In this document: positions 43,601 through 53,929 of the stretch, in pieces | How positions within the stretch are numbered: the first letter of the stretch is position 1 | Layout of the letters: each line of letters begins with the position of its first letter | Source of the DNA: a bacterium | Lineage (GTDB): Bacteria > SAR324 > NAC60-12 | Reading direction: 5' to 3' | DNA length: 64,000 nt | NCBI GenBank assembly: GCA_965205865.1 | Contig: CBDBHR010000029.1 | Location: forward strand, 32,001-96,000 | Made by a program: the position numbers and the translations under genes | The notes under the pieces: generated by a model | The model's database searches: none | Seen by the model: only the letters and a program-made list of their open reading frames with translations | What the model was told of the DNA's origin: nothing

Positions 43601-43885
43601 GCGGCTTCTATTTCGTTTGAAACTCGTATATCCTGATAATTTGGTTTGTCCGATCTCAGTATCACGTCGTTTCTGAAGCGAAATATTCGTTTGCAGAGCA
43701 GTTTTCCCTCGAAGGCGACTACCGCCACCCGGCCGTCCACCTGGTCAATACTGCGGTCGACGATTAAAATGTCATCTGGGAGAATGAGAGGCGCCATTGC
43801 GTTGCCGGAAATCTTGAAAAAGAAAGCGGATGCCTTGTTTTTGATGAAACGCTCATCGAGCGATGAGACTCAATCCACTTAGAAG
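43590..43885 (-). pseudogene. umuD: UmuD/LexA S24 peptidase remnant
   Basis: SLDERFIKNKASAFFFKISGNAM..DILIVDRS..LLCKR. Stops in the 5' part and the catalytic Ser is replaced by Ala. Confidence 0.75.
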
Positions 43886-43959
43886 TAGTGCTCAGAACCA
43901 TTTTGTTGTGTTAAGATGAATAAAAAATCCATCACTCTATGATCAAATGGCTTTAAAAA

Positions 43960-45381
43960 GTGCAACAATATACTTTATTTCCTGACGATACGTTTGTTCC
44001 TGACTCCCCGAACGGTGGGTTGACCTGTGAACGAGCAGGTCTGCATCAACGATTTACAGACCGAGTATCGGTGAATCCGTATTTGACCCGAAAACTTGTG
44101 TCCTATCAGGGTAATAAAGAATCTGTGGGATTTCGCTGGATGAAGTACAAAGAGGGATTTTCCACCGCGCTCGTCCGACAGCTTATCAAGTCGGGAAAAG
44201 GGACACAAGTCCTTGACCCCTTTTCAGGAATTGGTACAACAGCTCTGACAGCGATGGGTATGGGGCTGCAGGGAACTGGCATAGAGATTTTACCCTTGGG
44301 CAATATGGTTGCGCACGCCGTCTCATATGCTGCAAATGGGCTGTCTGTTCAAGAGTTTTGCTGCGTTTCTCAAGCCTTGCTTCATGCAATTACTCATCAT
44401 GACTATGATGACCAATATGCGCTTAAACATGTTCGGATAACAAAAGAGGCTTTCCCCTATCGCACTGGATGCGAAATTGCTAAGGCTAGGAAATTCATAG
44501 CCCAGGTGGCCGACCCAGGTCTTTCAATGATGTTAAACCTTGCCTGTCTGAGTGTTCTGGAAGACGTCAGCTATACCCGGAAAGACGGACAGTTCTTGCG
44601 GTGGGACCCTCGTTCTGGAAGAACCGTTTCAACAAAGCTTGACAAGGGACAGGTTCCGTCTCTTTCGGCAGCCCTTACTGTTCGGCTTCGACAGATTACA
44701 CAAGACTTGCCCCTATTGAAAAAGGCTTATGCCGGCCCAAAACCGACTTTAATTGCTGGCTCTAGTTTGACGGAGTTGCAAAATCTGAATGAAGGTCAGT
44801 TTGATTGTGTCGTCACCTCTCCCCCGTATGCGAATCGGTATGATTACACAAGGACGTATGCGCTCGAACTGGTTTATCTCGGCTACAATGATTTACAGAT
44901 CAAAAACTTACGACAAGCACTTCTCTCAGCAACTGTAGAGAACCGTTCAAAAAAGGCATCACTCCGTGCTACATATCAGAATGCTCAGGATCTTGAGCAT
45001 GCATTTCACATGGTTGATGAACAAGCCGCATTGCAGGAAGTCCTTTCCGTGTTGCGAAATCACGCTTCGGAACTGAGTAATCGTAATGTTGTTTCTCTGT
45101 TAGAGAACTACTTTACTGAAATGGCCGTAATCGTGAAGGAACTTGGACGCGTTGTGAGAGCAGGGGGCAATGTGTTTATGGTAAATGACAATGTGCAATA
45201 TCATGGGGAAGAAGTGCCTGTCGATCTTATTTTGTCGGACTTTGCCGAACAGTCCGGATTCCGGTGCGCTGCGATTTGGATGCTGAAGCAGGGCAAAGGA
45301 AATTCCAGCCAGCAGATGGGGAAATTCGGTCGGCGTGAGATCAGGAAATGTGTATATCGGTGGGTCAAGACCAATGGTTGA
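43960..45381 (+). CDS. N4-cytosine DNA methyltransferase
   Basis: RWMKYKEGFS, then motif I VLDPFSGIGTT before motif IV VTSPPY. Confidence 0.9.
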   Translation: MQQYTLFPDDTFVPDSPNGGLTCERAGLHQRFTDRVSVNPYLTRKLVSYQGNKESVGFRWMKYKEGFSTALVRQLIKSGKGTQVLDPFSGIGTTALTAMGMGLQGTGIEILPLGNMVAHAVSYAANGLSVQEFCCVSQALLHAITHHDYDDQYALKHVRITKEAFPYRTGCEIAKARKFIAQVADPGLSMMLNLACLSVLEDVSYTRKDGQFLRWDPRSGRTVSTKLDKGQVPSLSAALTVRLRQITQDLPLLKKAYAGPKPTLIAGSSLTELQNLNEGQFDCVVTSPPYANRYDYTRTYALELVYLGYNDLQIKNLRQALLSATVENRSKKASLRATYQNAQDLEHAFHMVDEQAALQEVLSVLRNHASELSNRNVVSLLENYFTEMAVIVKELGRVVRAGGNVFMVNDNVQYHGEEVPVDLILSDFAEQSGFRCAAIWMLKQGKGNSSQQMGKFGRREIRKCVYRWVKTNG

Positions 45382-46330
45382 TACAAAACAAAGCAATGCT
45401 CAGGCCCGATCTTAAATCTTGTCAAAGGCACTAAAACGCCGGAATGACATTCGTATCCGTACATTGATTGAGAATTTTACTGGTGATCTGAACTACCTGA
45501 AGCTTGGGTTGAAAGATCTCGCAATCTCAGGTGAAGCGTGGGCGTGCATTCAACAATTGGAGGTGGAGCCGAGAATGGTATTTGCCCACCCTGACTTACT
45601 ACAACGACATCCCGATACCTCACTCTATTATCGTGGAATTGCTACATTGTCCCTAAAACGAGTAAGCGACATGGTGACGAATGTAGACAGTTGGGAAAAT
45701 CCGAAAAGAAATAAACAGCGAACACCGAAACGAAATACTGTCCTCAGAATCACACGGCTATACAATGCTGTGATTTCTTCCATCATCGAAGGAACGGATA
45801 AATGGACTCTGGAAAATGGCTACCGCAACATCCTGGCGACCATTGGCATCACCCAAGACGGAAAAATGCGGAATATCATTGGACAGGAAGCAGAGCGTGC
45901 GATTCAAGAGAAGCTGTTCCAATGGATTGTAGACATGAGGATCCCCTGTGAGCAACAAGGACGGTGGTACCTACTTGGCGAGGCAAAAACCATTCGTATG
46001 GCCTATGGCTCTGAACCAGATATTCTGTTTGAAAAATACAACATGCAGACTAAAACCTGGATACAGGAAGTGACCATTGAAATTAAAGGCGGAACGGACC
46101 CGGCTGGAGCTTTGGAACGATTAGGCGCAATTAAAAAGAGTTTTGATCAAACTCACGCGCGAACAGAAAACATTGCCATACTGGGTGTGGTTACCAACGC
46201 AATGCGAGCAGAGTTGAATGAAATGAAAATTACGGATTTCGACCTGTATGACCTTATACATTCCAAGGAAGGATGGGACGAGTTTATAAAAGAGTTATTC
46301 TATCATAAACTACGGCTACTCTCCTCCTAG
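45374..46330 (+). CDS. XcyI-family type II restriction endonuclease
   Basis: SLYYRGIATLS, YGSEPDI..IEIKGGTDPAGALERLG motifs. Overlaps the MTase stop codon. Confidence 0.78.
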
Positions 46331-46334
46331 AAAT

Positions 46335-46701
46335 GGGGTCAGGCTTGCAAGTTTGTAAAAATGTGTATTCTTTAAATTTAACCATTTTCAATTTGCCAAG
46401 ATGTCTCGAAAAACCCGTTTGTACGACCCCGGTACGCTTTATCATGTGATACTTCGAGGCAATGGGGGCCAACTTATTTTTTTCGATGACAGCGACTTTC
46501 GTCGCTTTTATCAGTCTTCGATTGGAAATCCGCAACAATCCGGGAAGTGGTAAATGCTCTCAATCGAGATGATTCTACTTTCAGTCGTGGAGTGCATAAA
46601 TTGAGAGAAAGATTGAAGGAATCCACAAATCTCCAAGAGCGGTTAAAAGAACTCCACCTGAAAATGTTTTCTTAAATTCGCAAACTTGCAAGCCTGACCC
46701 C
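46335..46701 (+). mobile_element. RAYT-derived element, copy 2
   Basis: Near-identical to 39545-39911, with the same inverted ends. Confidence 0.9.
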
Positions 46702-46719
46702 TTCACTGACCCCTTCACA

Positions 46720-47110
46720 TACGGCAACCAATCCGATACCAAAGAAGGGCATGCTGTTTTCGAGCAAACTGCTCTGAAATATCCAAGCTTGAGAGCTTTT
46801 CCCGCTGACCAAGGAAATTGTGGTACCTTGCTGGAGTTTGTCGAAAAGGTATTGGGACTGAAACTCGACATCGCCAAAGGCACCAAGGGCCAGTGGTTGC
46901 TCTTGAAAAAACGGTGGATTGTGGAGCGCACCTTCGCTTTGTTCGGGGGATTCAGAAGATTAGCCAAAGATTTTGAAATCCTCCCAAAATATAATCTGGT
47001 CGATCGTGTGGGAACCCTCACAAACACTGCTGAAAATATGATTTGTATTGCCATGATCAAAGTTACCCTGGCCAAGTGTCTTATATAACCAAACGAGTTC
47101 TTAGGATATT
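46720..47110 (+). pseudogene. IS5-family transposase C-terminal fragment
   Basis: ADQGN..KKRWIVERTFA..FRRLAKDFE. Confidence 0.8.
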
Positions 47111-47249
47111 GGACAACCCGTTGCTTTAATTGACATTTTCCAATACTTTGATATCTTATTTTAAAGCTCGTTATCTTGCTTAAATAACCGGTTGAACCTC
47201 CAGAATACCCGGAGCAGTGTTTCTCTGCACTTGCTGATACTGAAAATAT

Positions 47250-49181
47250 ATGAAGCACTTAGACGACTTCCCTAAATACGACGAAAATCGTAGAATTCAA
47301 GAACTATCAGAATCGGCATTCCATTCGGCAGTAACCGAATGTGACGCATTCTTTATTCAAAAGGAAGACAAGAAAGACTATGGAACCGACTTCCAAATCG
47401 AAGTGCGCGATGACAGAGCAGCGACGAACATAAGAGTGCATGTGCAACTGAAAGGCACCAAATGCGAAGAGAACTCGGACGGTAGCGTCAGCAGGGATGT
47501 TTCCAGATCGACCTTGAATTACCTGGCGATGCAACCCGATTCGATTTTTGTTTGCTATCATATTCCTTCAAATCGTTTACTTGTTCGCCAGGTGGATAGT
47601 GTGATCCGGGAATATGAGCGTATCCATTTGCGGTCACTTCAACGAAAAAAAAATTGGAGCACCCAAAAAACAATTACAGTCAAATTTATTGACGACTTTG
47701 ATAAGACATATCAAAACACCCTGAAAGCGCACGCCGTAGCTTCCGCAAAAGCAGCGAGAGATCATCGCTTGTCATGTACTATTCAGCCTCCTGGGGTGTA
47801 TGTATCTGCAGACCCGCAACAGGAGAAGGAACGGCTGATCGCTCTTTATAACTGCGGGGAAGATAAAAGCATCAGTCAATCCTTCGAAATTTTTCGCGCA
47901 GTTCTCGGCGCCGCGCCCGAAGACCTGATTCACGCATACATGGCCGAAATCAACTTGGGCATTAACGGTGTGGCATGCGATAAATCCCGCATTGAAGAAG
48001 GTATCAAAGTGCTTGAGAGTGCAGTCAACAACGGCAACTATGATCCTGGATTATTGCTTTATTCCATTGGCAACGGGTGGTTGGCCGTTAGAAATTATGA
48101 AAAAGCAAAGGAAGCGTACAATTCGGCTCTGAGATCATTGGAACATGGAGGTCCCTCAGTAGTCGCTCAATGTTATAAGAATCTGGGGACCACTATGAAA
48201 AATTTGGGAAAGGAAAATGAGGCTTTCAAACTCTATGAAAAGGCATTGGAATATGATCCAAATCTGGGTGAGGCTCATTTTGCTCTGGCAGTTTGGCACT
48301 GTGATCGCAATAGCGAACTGGACCGTGCATTGTATCATTTGGATAAGATAGTCTGGCACGAAGGCTCTGCCGGAACTGCCGCATCAGTACAAGGCTGGCG
48401 TGCGTATATATTTTTTAATACTGGAGACATCAAGTCCGCATTTCGTGAGATTAATACCCTGTTGAGTGAAGTAGACAATTTTGATTGGATATGGACATGG
48501 TGCGAACGACTAGTCAGAATACATGGCAGAACATCGCTTGATGCCGCGCAAAAGGCGCTCCAGTTCTGGGATAAATACCTCAGTAAGTTTCCTGAAAATC
48601 TGAAGGCCAAAACCGAGAGGTTGCTTTGCATTTGGTACATTAAGTCGAACGGAGGTTCAGTTGCGCACGATTTTGAAAGTTTTAAAAAGGATATCGCCAA
48701 CGTCGTTTCCCAAGGTGCCCCGGAACCTGCATTTCTTTGGGATCGCACTGGTCATTGGGCGCAAGATGAAAAGAACTGGGTCGAGGCAGAAAAATGTTAC
48801 CGAAAGGCATTTGAGTTGTCACCGTCGGAGTATGGATATTGTTTGGGAACCGCATTGAATTTTCTGGGCAGATATGAAGAAGCGCTGCCTATACTCACTG
48901 AACAGGCAGAAGAACATATACCAGATGAAAAGAGTTGGTTCCAGGTCGCTGTTGCCAGAAAAGGAATGAACGATGTCGAAGGCTCCATATCAGCTTACAA
49001 ACGTGCCATACAATTGGACGAAAATTACGATCTTGCTTGGTTCGATTTGGGTGGCATCTATTGGAATTCTCAAAATTGGGAACTCGCAATAGCTATATGG
49101 AAAGAAGCGATCCGACGCTTTCCATCACATGAGTTATCATCGAAGTTGTTCCAGGACTTGCCGTCCCTGTTTAAACAATGA
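47250..49181 (+). CDS. DUF4365 (PD-(D/E)XK-like) domain plus TPR-repeat protein
   Basis: KDYGTDFQIEV..VQLKGT at the N-terminus. Multiple TPRs follow (CYKNLG..YEKALEYDP, AWFDLG). Confidence 0.85.
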   Translation: MKHLDDFPKYDENRRIQELSESAFHSAVTECDAFFIQKEDKKDYGTDFQIEVRDDRAATNIRVHVQLKGTKCEENSDGSVSRDVSRSTLNYLAMQPDSIFVCYHIPSNRLLVRQVDSVIREYERIHLRSLQRKKNWSTQKTITVKFIDDFDKTYQNTLKAHAVASAKAARDHRLSCTIQPPGVYVSADPQQEKERLIALYNCGEDKSISQSFEIFRAVLGAAPEDLIHAYMAEINLGINGVACDKSRIEEGIKVLESAVNNGNYDPGLLLYSIGNGWLAVRNYEKAKEAYNSALRSLEHGGPSVVAQCYKNLGTTMKNLGKENEAFKLYEKALEYDPNLGEAHFALAVWHCDRNSELDRALYHLDKIVWHEGSAGTAASVQGWRAYIFFNTGDIKSAFREINTLLSEVDNFDWIWTWCERLVRIHGRTSLDAAQKALQFWDKYLSKFPENLKAKTERLLCIWYIKSNGGSVAHDFESFKKDIANVVSQGAPEPAFLWDRTGHWAQDEKNWVEAEKCYRKAFELSPSEYGYCLGTALNFLGRYEEALPILTEQAEEHIPDEKSWFQVAVARKGMNDVEGSISAYKRAIQLDENYDLAWFDLGGIYWNSQNWELAIAIWKEAIRRFPSHELSSKLFQDLPSLFKQ

Positions 49182-49220
49182 GTCAGGAAGATTTTCAAAT
49201 GGACTGTTCATACTTCGAGA

Positions 49221-49499
49221 ATGATTATCAGTTTTCACCATAAAGGTCTCGAATTGCTCTATGAGAAAGGAATTCGACGGCGCGTACCGCAGGAAGTTAT
49301 CGAAAAAATCGAGCGTATATTAGCCCGCCTCGACGTAGCGTCAAAACCGGCGGACATGAAACTGCCAAGCTTTAGCCTTCATCCCTTGAAAGGCGATCTT
49401 GCAAATTACTGGGCGGTCAACGTCTCCGTGAACCTGCGCCTCGTCTTCCGCTTCGAAGGGACTAATGCTTGTGACGTTGACTTGCTTGACTATCACTAG
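49221..49499 (+). CDS. higB: HigB (RelE/ParE-family) toxin
   Basis: MIISFHHKGL..LHPLKGDL..WAVNVS.N.RLVFRF..DYH. Confidence 0.92.
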   Translation: MIISFHHKGLELLYEKGIRRRVPQEVIEKIERILARLDVASKPADMKLPSFSLHPLKGDLANYWAVNVSVNLRLVFRFEGTNACDVDLLDYH

Positions 49500-49511
49500 G
49501 AGGAATGAAAA

Positions 49512-49748
49512 ATGCCAATGAAACATCCACCCCATCCGGGCCTGTCCATCCAACACGATTGCCTGGAACCCCTTGGGCTCAGCGTATCCGAAGCTGCAAG
49601 AAAACTCGACGTCAGCCAGGAGCAGCTATCCGATATCCTGAATGGTTACTGCGGAATTTCTCTCGATATGGCAGTCCGTCTCAATAAAGTATTCGGTGGA
49701 GGCGTCACTACCTGGCAGCGCCTGCAATTGGCCTACGATCGCAGCTAG
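49512..49748 (+). CDS. higA: HigA antitoxin, probably C-terminally truncated
   Basis: PPHPG..LEPLGLSVSEAARKL..ISLDMAVRL..WQRLQLAYD. Confidence 0.9.
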   Translation: MPMKHPPHPGLSIQHDCLEPLGLSVSEAARKLDVSQEQLSDILNGYCGISLDMAVRLNKVFGGGVTTWQRLQLAYDRS

Positions 49749-49770
49749 ACGATGCAGGATGCCACAGAAG

Positions 49771-50101
49771 GGGGTCAGGCCTTTGATTAAATGAAAAGGG
49801 AGCAAAAAAATTAGACTCGTTCCTAATCAAATAATCAAAAGCCTGACCCCCTTCAAAGCCTGACCCCCTTCCAGTGAAATTCGTAAGGATAAGATCCCTC
49901 TGAAGTTTTTAGGTGGTAAGTTTCGGGCTCATGCTTGAGAGTTTGAGGGAAGCGGTAATTGAGAAGGATGATTGATGATAGGGGATTAAGAGGGTTCATC
50001 CATCGAGGACACGATTCAATCCCGGAACCGTCAAGATAACCTGGAAACCCTTCCAGACTCAAATCTTTGCTAAAAACTCCAAACTTACAAGCTTGACCCC
50101 C
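49771..50101. mobile_element. Cluster of GGGGTCAGG-family ends (mini-element plus extra right ends)
   Basis: GGGGTCAGGCC at 49771, AAGCCTGACCCC twice at about 49839-49868, and CAAACTTACAAGCTTGACCCC at about 50080-50100. Confidence 0.75.
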
Positions 50102-50205
50102 TTTTTTGATAAGCCTGGAGCCTGAGCTCAGTGACGGGAAGTCCTTGACAGTCACCGTTCAGTTCGTTAATGAAAAGAGTATGATGTCATACAACAGGAG
50201 GCAAG

Positions 50206-51066
50206 ATGGTGAATAAAGCATCGAATCCCTCATCCGGCAACTTTGGTGGACAGTGGACAATCGACAAGTTGAACATACTGGAAGAGTACTTGAACTTCTA
50301 TACCACTGCGCTGAAGAGCCAGTTGTTCAAATTGTTGTACATTGACGCCTTCGCCGGCACTGGTGAGGTTAACCCGCGTCACGAAGACGAAGACGCGCGG
50401 GCCTTTATCGAGGGATCAGCAAGACGAGCGACAAGGATTACCGATAAGCCCTTCGACCGCTTGATCTTTGTAGAGAAGGATCCTCAACGATTTGTTTGTC
50501 TACAATCCTTGCGCAAAGAGAATCCCAGTAGGGACATACGGACAAAAAACGCCGATGCTAACTCTTTCTTGAAAAATCTGCAGGAAGACTGGTTGTCATG
50601 GCGGGGCGTACTCTTTCTCGATCCATTCGCCACTGAGGTTGAGTGGGCTACGATCGAGAAAATAGCGGGATTCAACGCCCTTGACACCTGGATACTCTTT
50701 CCAGTGTCTTCGATTGGGAGAATGTTACCGAAATCGAAAAAGCCTGAAGATATTTCGGATAAGTGGGTAGATTGTCTGAACCGAATTTTTGGTGATCGAA
50801 GCTGGGAAAAGCTATATTCCCCTGACCCTCAGTTATCACTCTGGGGGGGACAACAGTATCAAAGAAAAACAGGTGTTGACGGAATCATCCAAATTTACAA
50901 AGACAAGCTGAGATGTCTGTTTGGCTCCAGATTCTTAGGGACTTCGAAGACTCTTATGAATTCAAGGAATTCTCCGTTGTTTGAGTTTATGTTCTGCGCC
51001 GGTAACCCAAGTGGAGCGAAGCTTGCCAAGGACGTAGCCAGTTATATTTTGAATTCGAGTATGTAA
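50206..51066 (+). CDS. tcmP: Three-Cys-motif partner protein (SAM-dependent methyltransferase fold)
   Basis: [25 protein letters not shown] and FLDPF motifs. Directly upstream of the DUF5131 gene. Confidence 0.88.
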   Translation: MVNKASNPSSGNFGGQWTIDKLNILEEYLNFYTTALKSQLFKLLYIDAFAGTGEVNPRHEDEDARAFIEGSARRATRITDKPFDRLIFVEKDPQRFVCLQSLRKENPSRDIRTKNADANSFLKNLQEDWLSWRGVLFLDPFATEVEWATIEKIAGFNALDTWILFPVSSIGRMLPKSKKPEDISDKWVDCLNRIFGDRSWEKLYSPDPQLSLWGGQQYQRKTGVDGIIQIYKDKLRCLFGSRFLGTSKTLMNSRNSPLFEFMFCAGNPSGAKLAKDVASYILNSSM

Positions 51067-51068
51067 GC

Positions 51069-51821
51069 ATGGCCACACTCTCCAAAATCGAATGGACGGA
51101 GACCACTTGGAACCCCGTCACCGGTTGTACCAAGATCAGCTACGGTTGTAAGCACTGCTATGCTGAGAGGATGTCCAAGCGACTTCAGGCCATGGGCATG
51201 GAAAAGTATCGAAGAGGGTTCGAGGTCGTCGTCCATGAGTCCGTCCTTAAAGAGCCCCTGAAGTGGAAAAATCCAAGCGTCGTATTCGTGAACTCGATGA
51301 GCGACCTGTTTCACAAGGTTGTCCCCTTGAATTTCATCCAATCCGTCTTCGAGGTCATGAACCAAGCGCCGCAGCACACGTTTCAAGTCCTCACCAAGCG
51401 GCCTGGGCGGGTGATGCAGATAGACGCGCGCCTCGATTGGGGGCCAAATATCTGGTTGGGCACGAGTATCGAGTCGGAGAGGTGGCTGAATCGATTGGAA
51501 CAATTGAAGGCCACCAGCGCCTATACCAAGTTCCTCTCCCTGGAGCCATTGCTGGGACCTCTGCCTGACCTCGACCTGTCAGGCATCGACTGGGTCATCG
51601 TGGGCGGCGAATCGGGCCCGGGCGCAAGACCCATGGACGCCGACTGGGTCAGAGAAATCCGGGATAATTGCCTCGACAGTGAAGTCCCGTTTTTTTTCAA
51701 GCAGTGGGGAGGCGTGTTCAAGAAACGCACTGGCAGAACCCTCGACGGTCAGACTTGGGACAGGATGCCTCGGCCGAGGTTATCGCTTTCTTCGATAAAC
51801 CCAATTGAGGAAAATAGTTGA
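51069..51821 (+). CDS. DUF5131 / phage Gp37-Gp68 family protein (radical-SAM-like Cys triad)
   Basis: [46 protein letters not shown] and FFFKQWGG motifs. Confidence 0.93.
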   Translation: MATLSKIEWTETTWNPVTGCTKISYGCKHCYAERMSKRLQAMGMEKYRRGFEVVVHESVLKEPLKWKNPSVVFVNSMSDLFHKVVPLNFIQSVFEVMNQAPQHTFQVLTKRPGRVMQIDARLDWGPNIWLGTSIESERWLNRLEQLKATSAYTKFLSLEPLLGPLPDLDLSGIDWVIVGGESGPGARPMDADWVREIRDNCLDSEVPFFFKQWGGVFKKRTGRTLDGQTWDRMPRPRLSLSSINPIEENS

Positions 51822-52549
51822 ACGTAAGATTAGAAAGGAATTGCAAATGGAAGAAATAAAACAGCCATGAATTATTTTATCGGAACGCATTCAAAATGGC
51901 GTAGATATTTCTGTAAGAGTTGATTTGGGGAATATGGATACAGGAATAAAATCTATGGTATTGATCACAAAATCTTTATACGAAGATGATGATGACCTTG
52001 CGATTCGAAAAAAGATTTATTGTGAAATTAAGAAGGAAATTGAGAATTTGAAGGAAAAGATAAGTGAAATTCTCAAACATAAATGTCATGTGAAAGTTGA
52101 AATGGACCCCGGTGTTGATGAATATCCAATAACCATGGAAGATGTGGAAAGTATGAAAATTGAATATGAAAAATAAAAATCTCAAACAAATTTAAGGGAA
52201 CCGGACTCCGCGTGGGTGGGTCGTCTTCTCTATGGGATGCTACAATGTTTCATTTTTTTCCGGAGTTGAAAAACGTGAGGATACGAGCTGGGAACATTCA
52301 AGCATGCAAGGTGACGTTTCTATGATACATGCCAGGCCTGGAGAAAATCTCGCACCGGTTTTCGGGAGACCCTGCGATCCAAGATACTTTTTCCTTCCGC
52401 GACGACGGCGATCGCATCCAGCGGCGTAGCGTGGGTGAGAGTGAAGACGAAAATTATGAATTTGCGAACTTTACCCTCATATCAGGCAATGACTGGCGTC
52501 CTATTGTCACGTTGAGCTCCTGTAACGGCCGTAGCGACACGTTTTTTCA

Positions 52550-53104
52550 TCAGCGTTCAGAAATTGAAGAAAACAATCTATCTTGTATCATTATAAGTTC
52601 ATCCATCTTAGATGTCAGGAAAACGCGGTATTTTTCAGTAGACACAGGATGTAATTGTCCTATCTCATAATAAATAATTCTGGAAAATTCTGCTTTCTCA
52701 TCTAATTCCCACCGTTTAATATCGGAACTTATTGACGTATTTAATGATTTTAAAACCGATAGAGAAAACTTCATTTCATGAATTGACCTATCGATATTTT
52801 TGTTGCGTTCATCTTCCCATTCTGAAAAAAGCCAGAAATTTATCTCTGCAAAGGATGCAATGAGTTTCTGTAAGTGATCCACCTCAATCTGGTGTTTCAA
52901 GAATTGGACTCTGTTATGCTCCAGAAATTTCTGATGCCGCAGTGTCATTATCGCAACTATCCATGCCCCGACAGCGGCAAATGCTGACATAATAGGCGGA
53001 ATAATTAATAGTATCTCACTCGTAATCGCAACTATCCATGCCCCGACAGCGGCAAATGCTGACATAATAGGCGGAATAAATAATAGTATCTCACTCGTAG
53101 TCAT
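52550..53104 (-). CDS. Hypothetical membrane-anchored protein with a duplicated TM helix
   Basis: 75-bp tandem duplication at 52950-53099 encodes TSEILL.IPPIMSAFAAVGAWIVAI twice. Confidence 0.65.
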   Translation of the reverse strand: MTTSEILLFIPPIMSAFAAVGAWIVAITSEILLIIPPIMSAFAAVGAWIVAIMTLRHQKFLEHNRVQFLKHQIEVDHLQKLIASFAEINFWLFSEWEDERNKNIDRSIHEMKFSLSVLKSLNTSISSDIKRWELDEKAEFSRIIYYEIGQLHPVSTEKYRVFLTSKMDELIMIQDRLFSSISER

Positions 53105-53223
53105 AATTTCTCCAATAGGGTATTAGTAAGCAAGTTGAAGAAAACTTAATAAGTTTTGTTTAAATACATAGCTTGGGACTTCCTATTCATAGCCTTTCTG
53201 CAAACACATATTTATTGCTGAGT

Positions 53224-53790
53224 ATGTGGGATTTCTTTGTGAACAATTTAGCAATCATCACATTTTGTATTACATTGATTTCGACTATATCTCTTTCGAT
53301 ATTGGCTGTAATTGGAGTGATCAATTTCAGGAACCGTTATGGACATCCATTGATTCATCTTGCTGGCGAAGTTTGTTGTGCAGATTTCCCACCCTCCGCA
53401 TTTGAAAAGCAAATTGGATCATCATTATTTGATGATTTTATTCGTTTTTCTCAACCCATTTCTGATAGAGAATCCCCAAAATGGTCAGTAAATAAAATCA
53501 GTATTTTCAAATCAAGTAAAAAATGGATTTCTGAACCAGGAAAAGCAGTTAGAGATCATGAAATTGTTAATGGTAGCTATAGAATGGTAGGTTATCGTCA
53601 TAAAGAATGGAAAAAAACCATTAAATATGAAATTCCTTTCGACAAAGGTATTATATTGCTCCATCCTGACTCTCCCTCGCATATCAAACTTTTATTCCAC
53701 GTTACGCTGAAGTCCAACCCCCGTGTTAAACGAAAAGTGCATGCGGAAGTTACTATTCCGGATCCTTTGGATGAACCGTGGGAAGATTAG
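53224..53790 (+). CDS. Hypothetical protein with an N-terminal TM segment
   Basis: AT-rich ORF with a hydrophobic N-terminus. Family not recognised. Confidence 0.55.
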   Translation: MWDFFVNNLAIITFCITLISTISLSILAVIGVINFRNRYGHPLIHLAGEVCCADFPPSAFEKQIGSSLFDDFIRFSQPISDRESPKWSVNKISIFKSSKKWISEPGKAVRDHEIVNGSYRMVGYRHKEWKKTIKYEIPFDKGIILLHPDSPSHIKLLFHVTLKSNPRVKRKVHAEVTIPDPLDEPWED

Positions 53791-53929
53791 GACATCGTTC
53801 TGGATATTCGAGTTTGCGGTTATCGCTTTCTTCAATAAACCCAATTATGGAATGAAATATAACAATTTTGCTCGATGTTTCTTGCGGGGCGGAGACGGAG
53901 ATGTTGTGATTTGTGAGTAGTCTTTCTGT

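Noticed and set aside
51069-51821. Prophage, suggested by the Gp37/Gp68 family name
   Set aside because: No structural, terminase or integrase genes are in the window.
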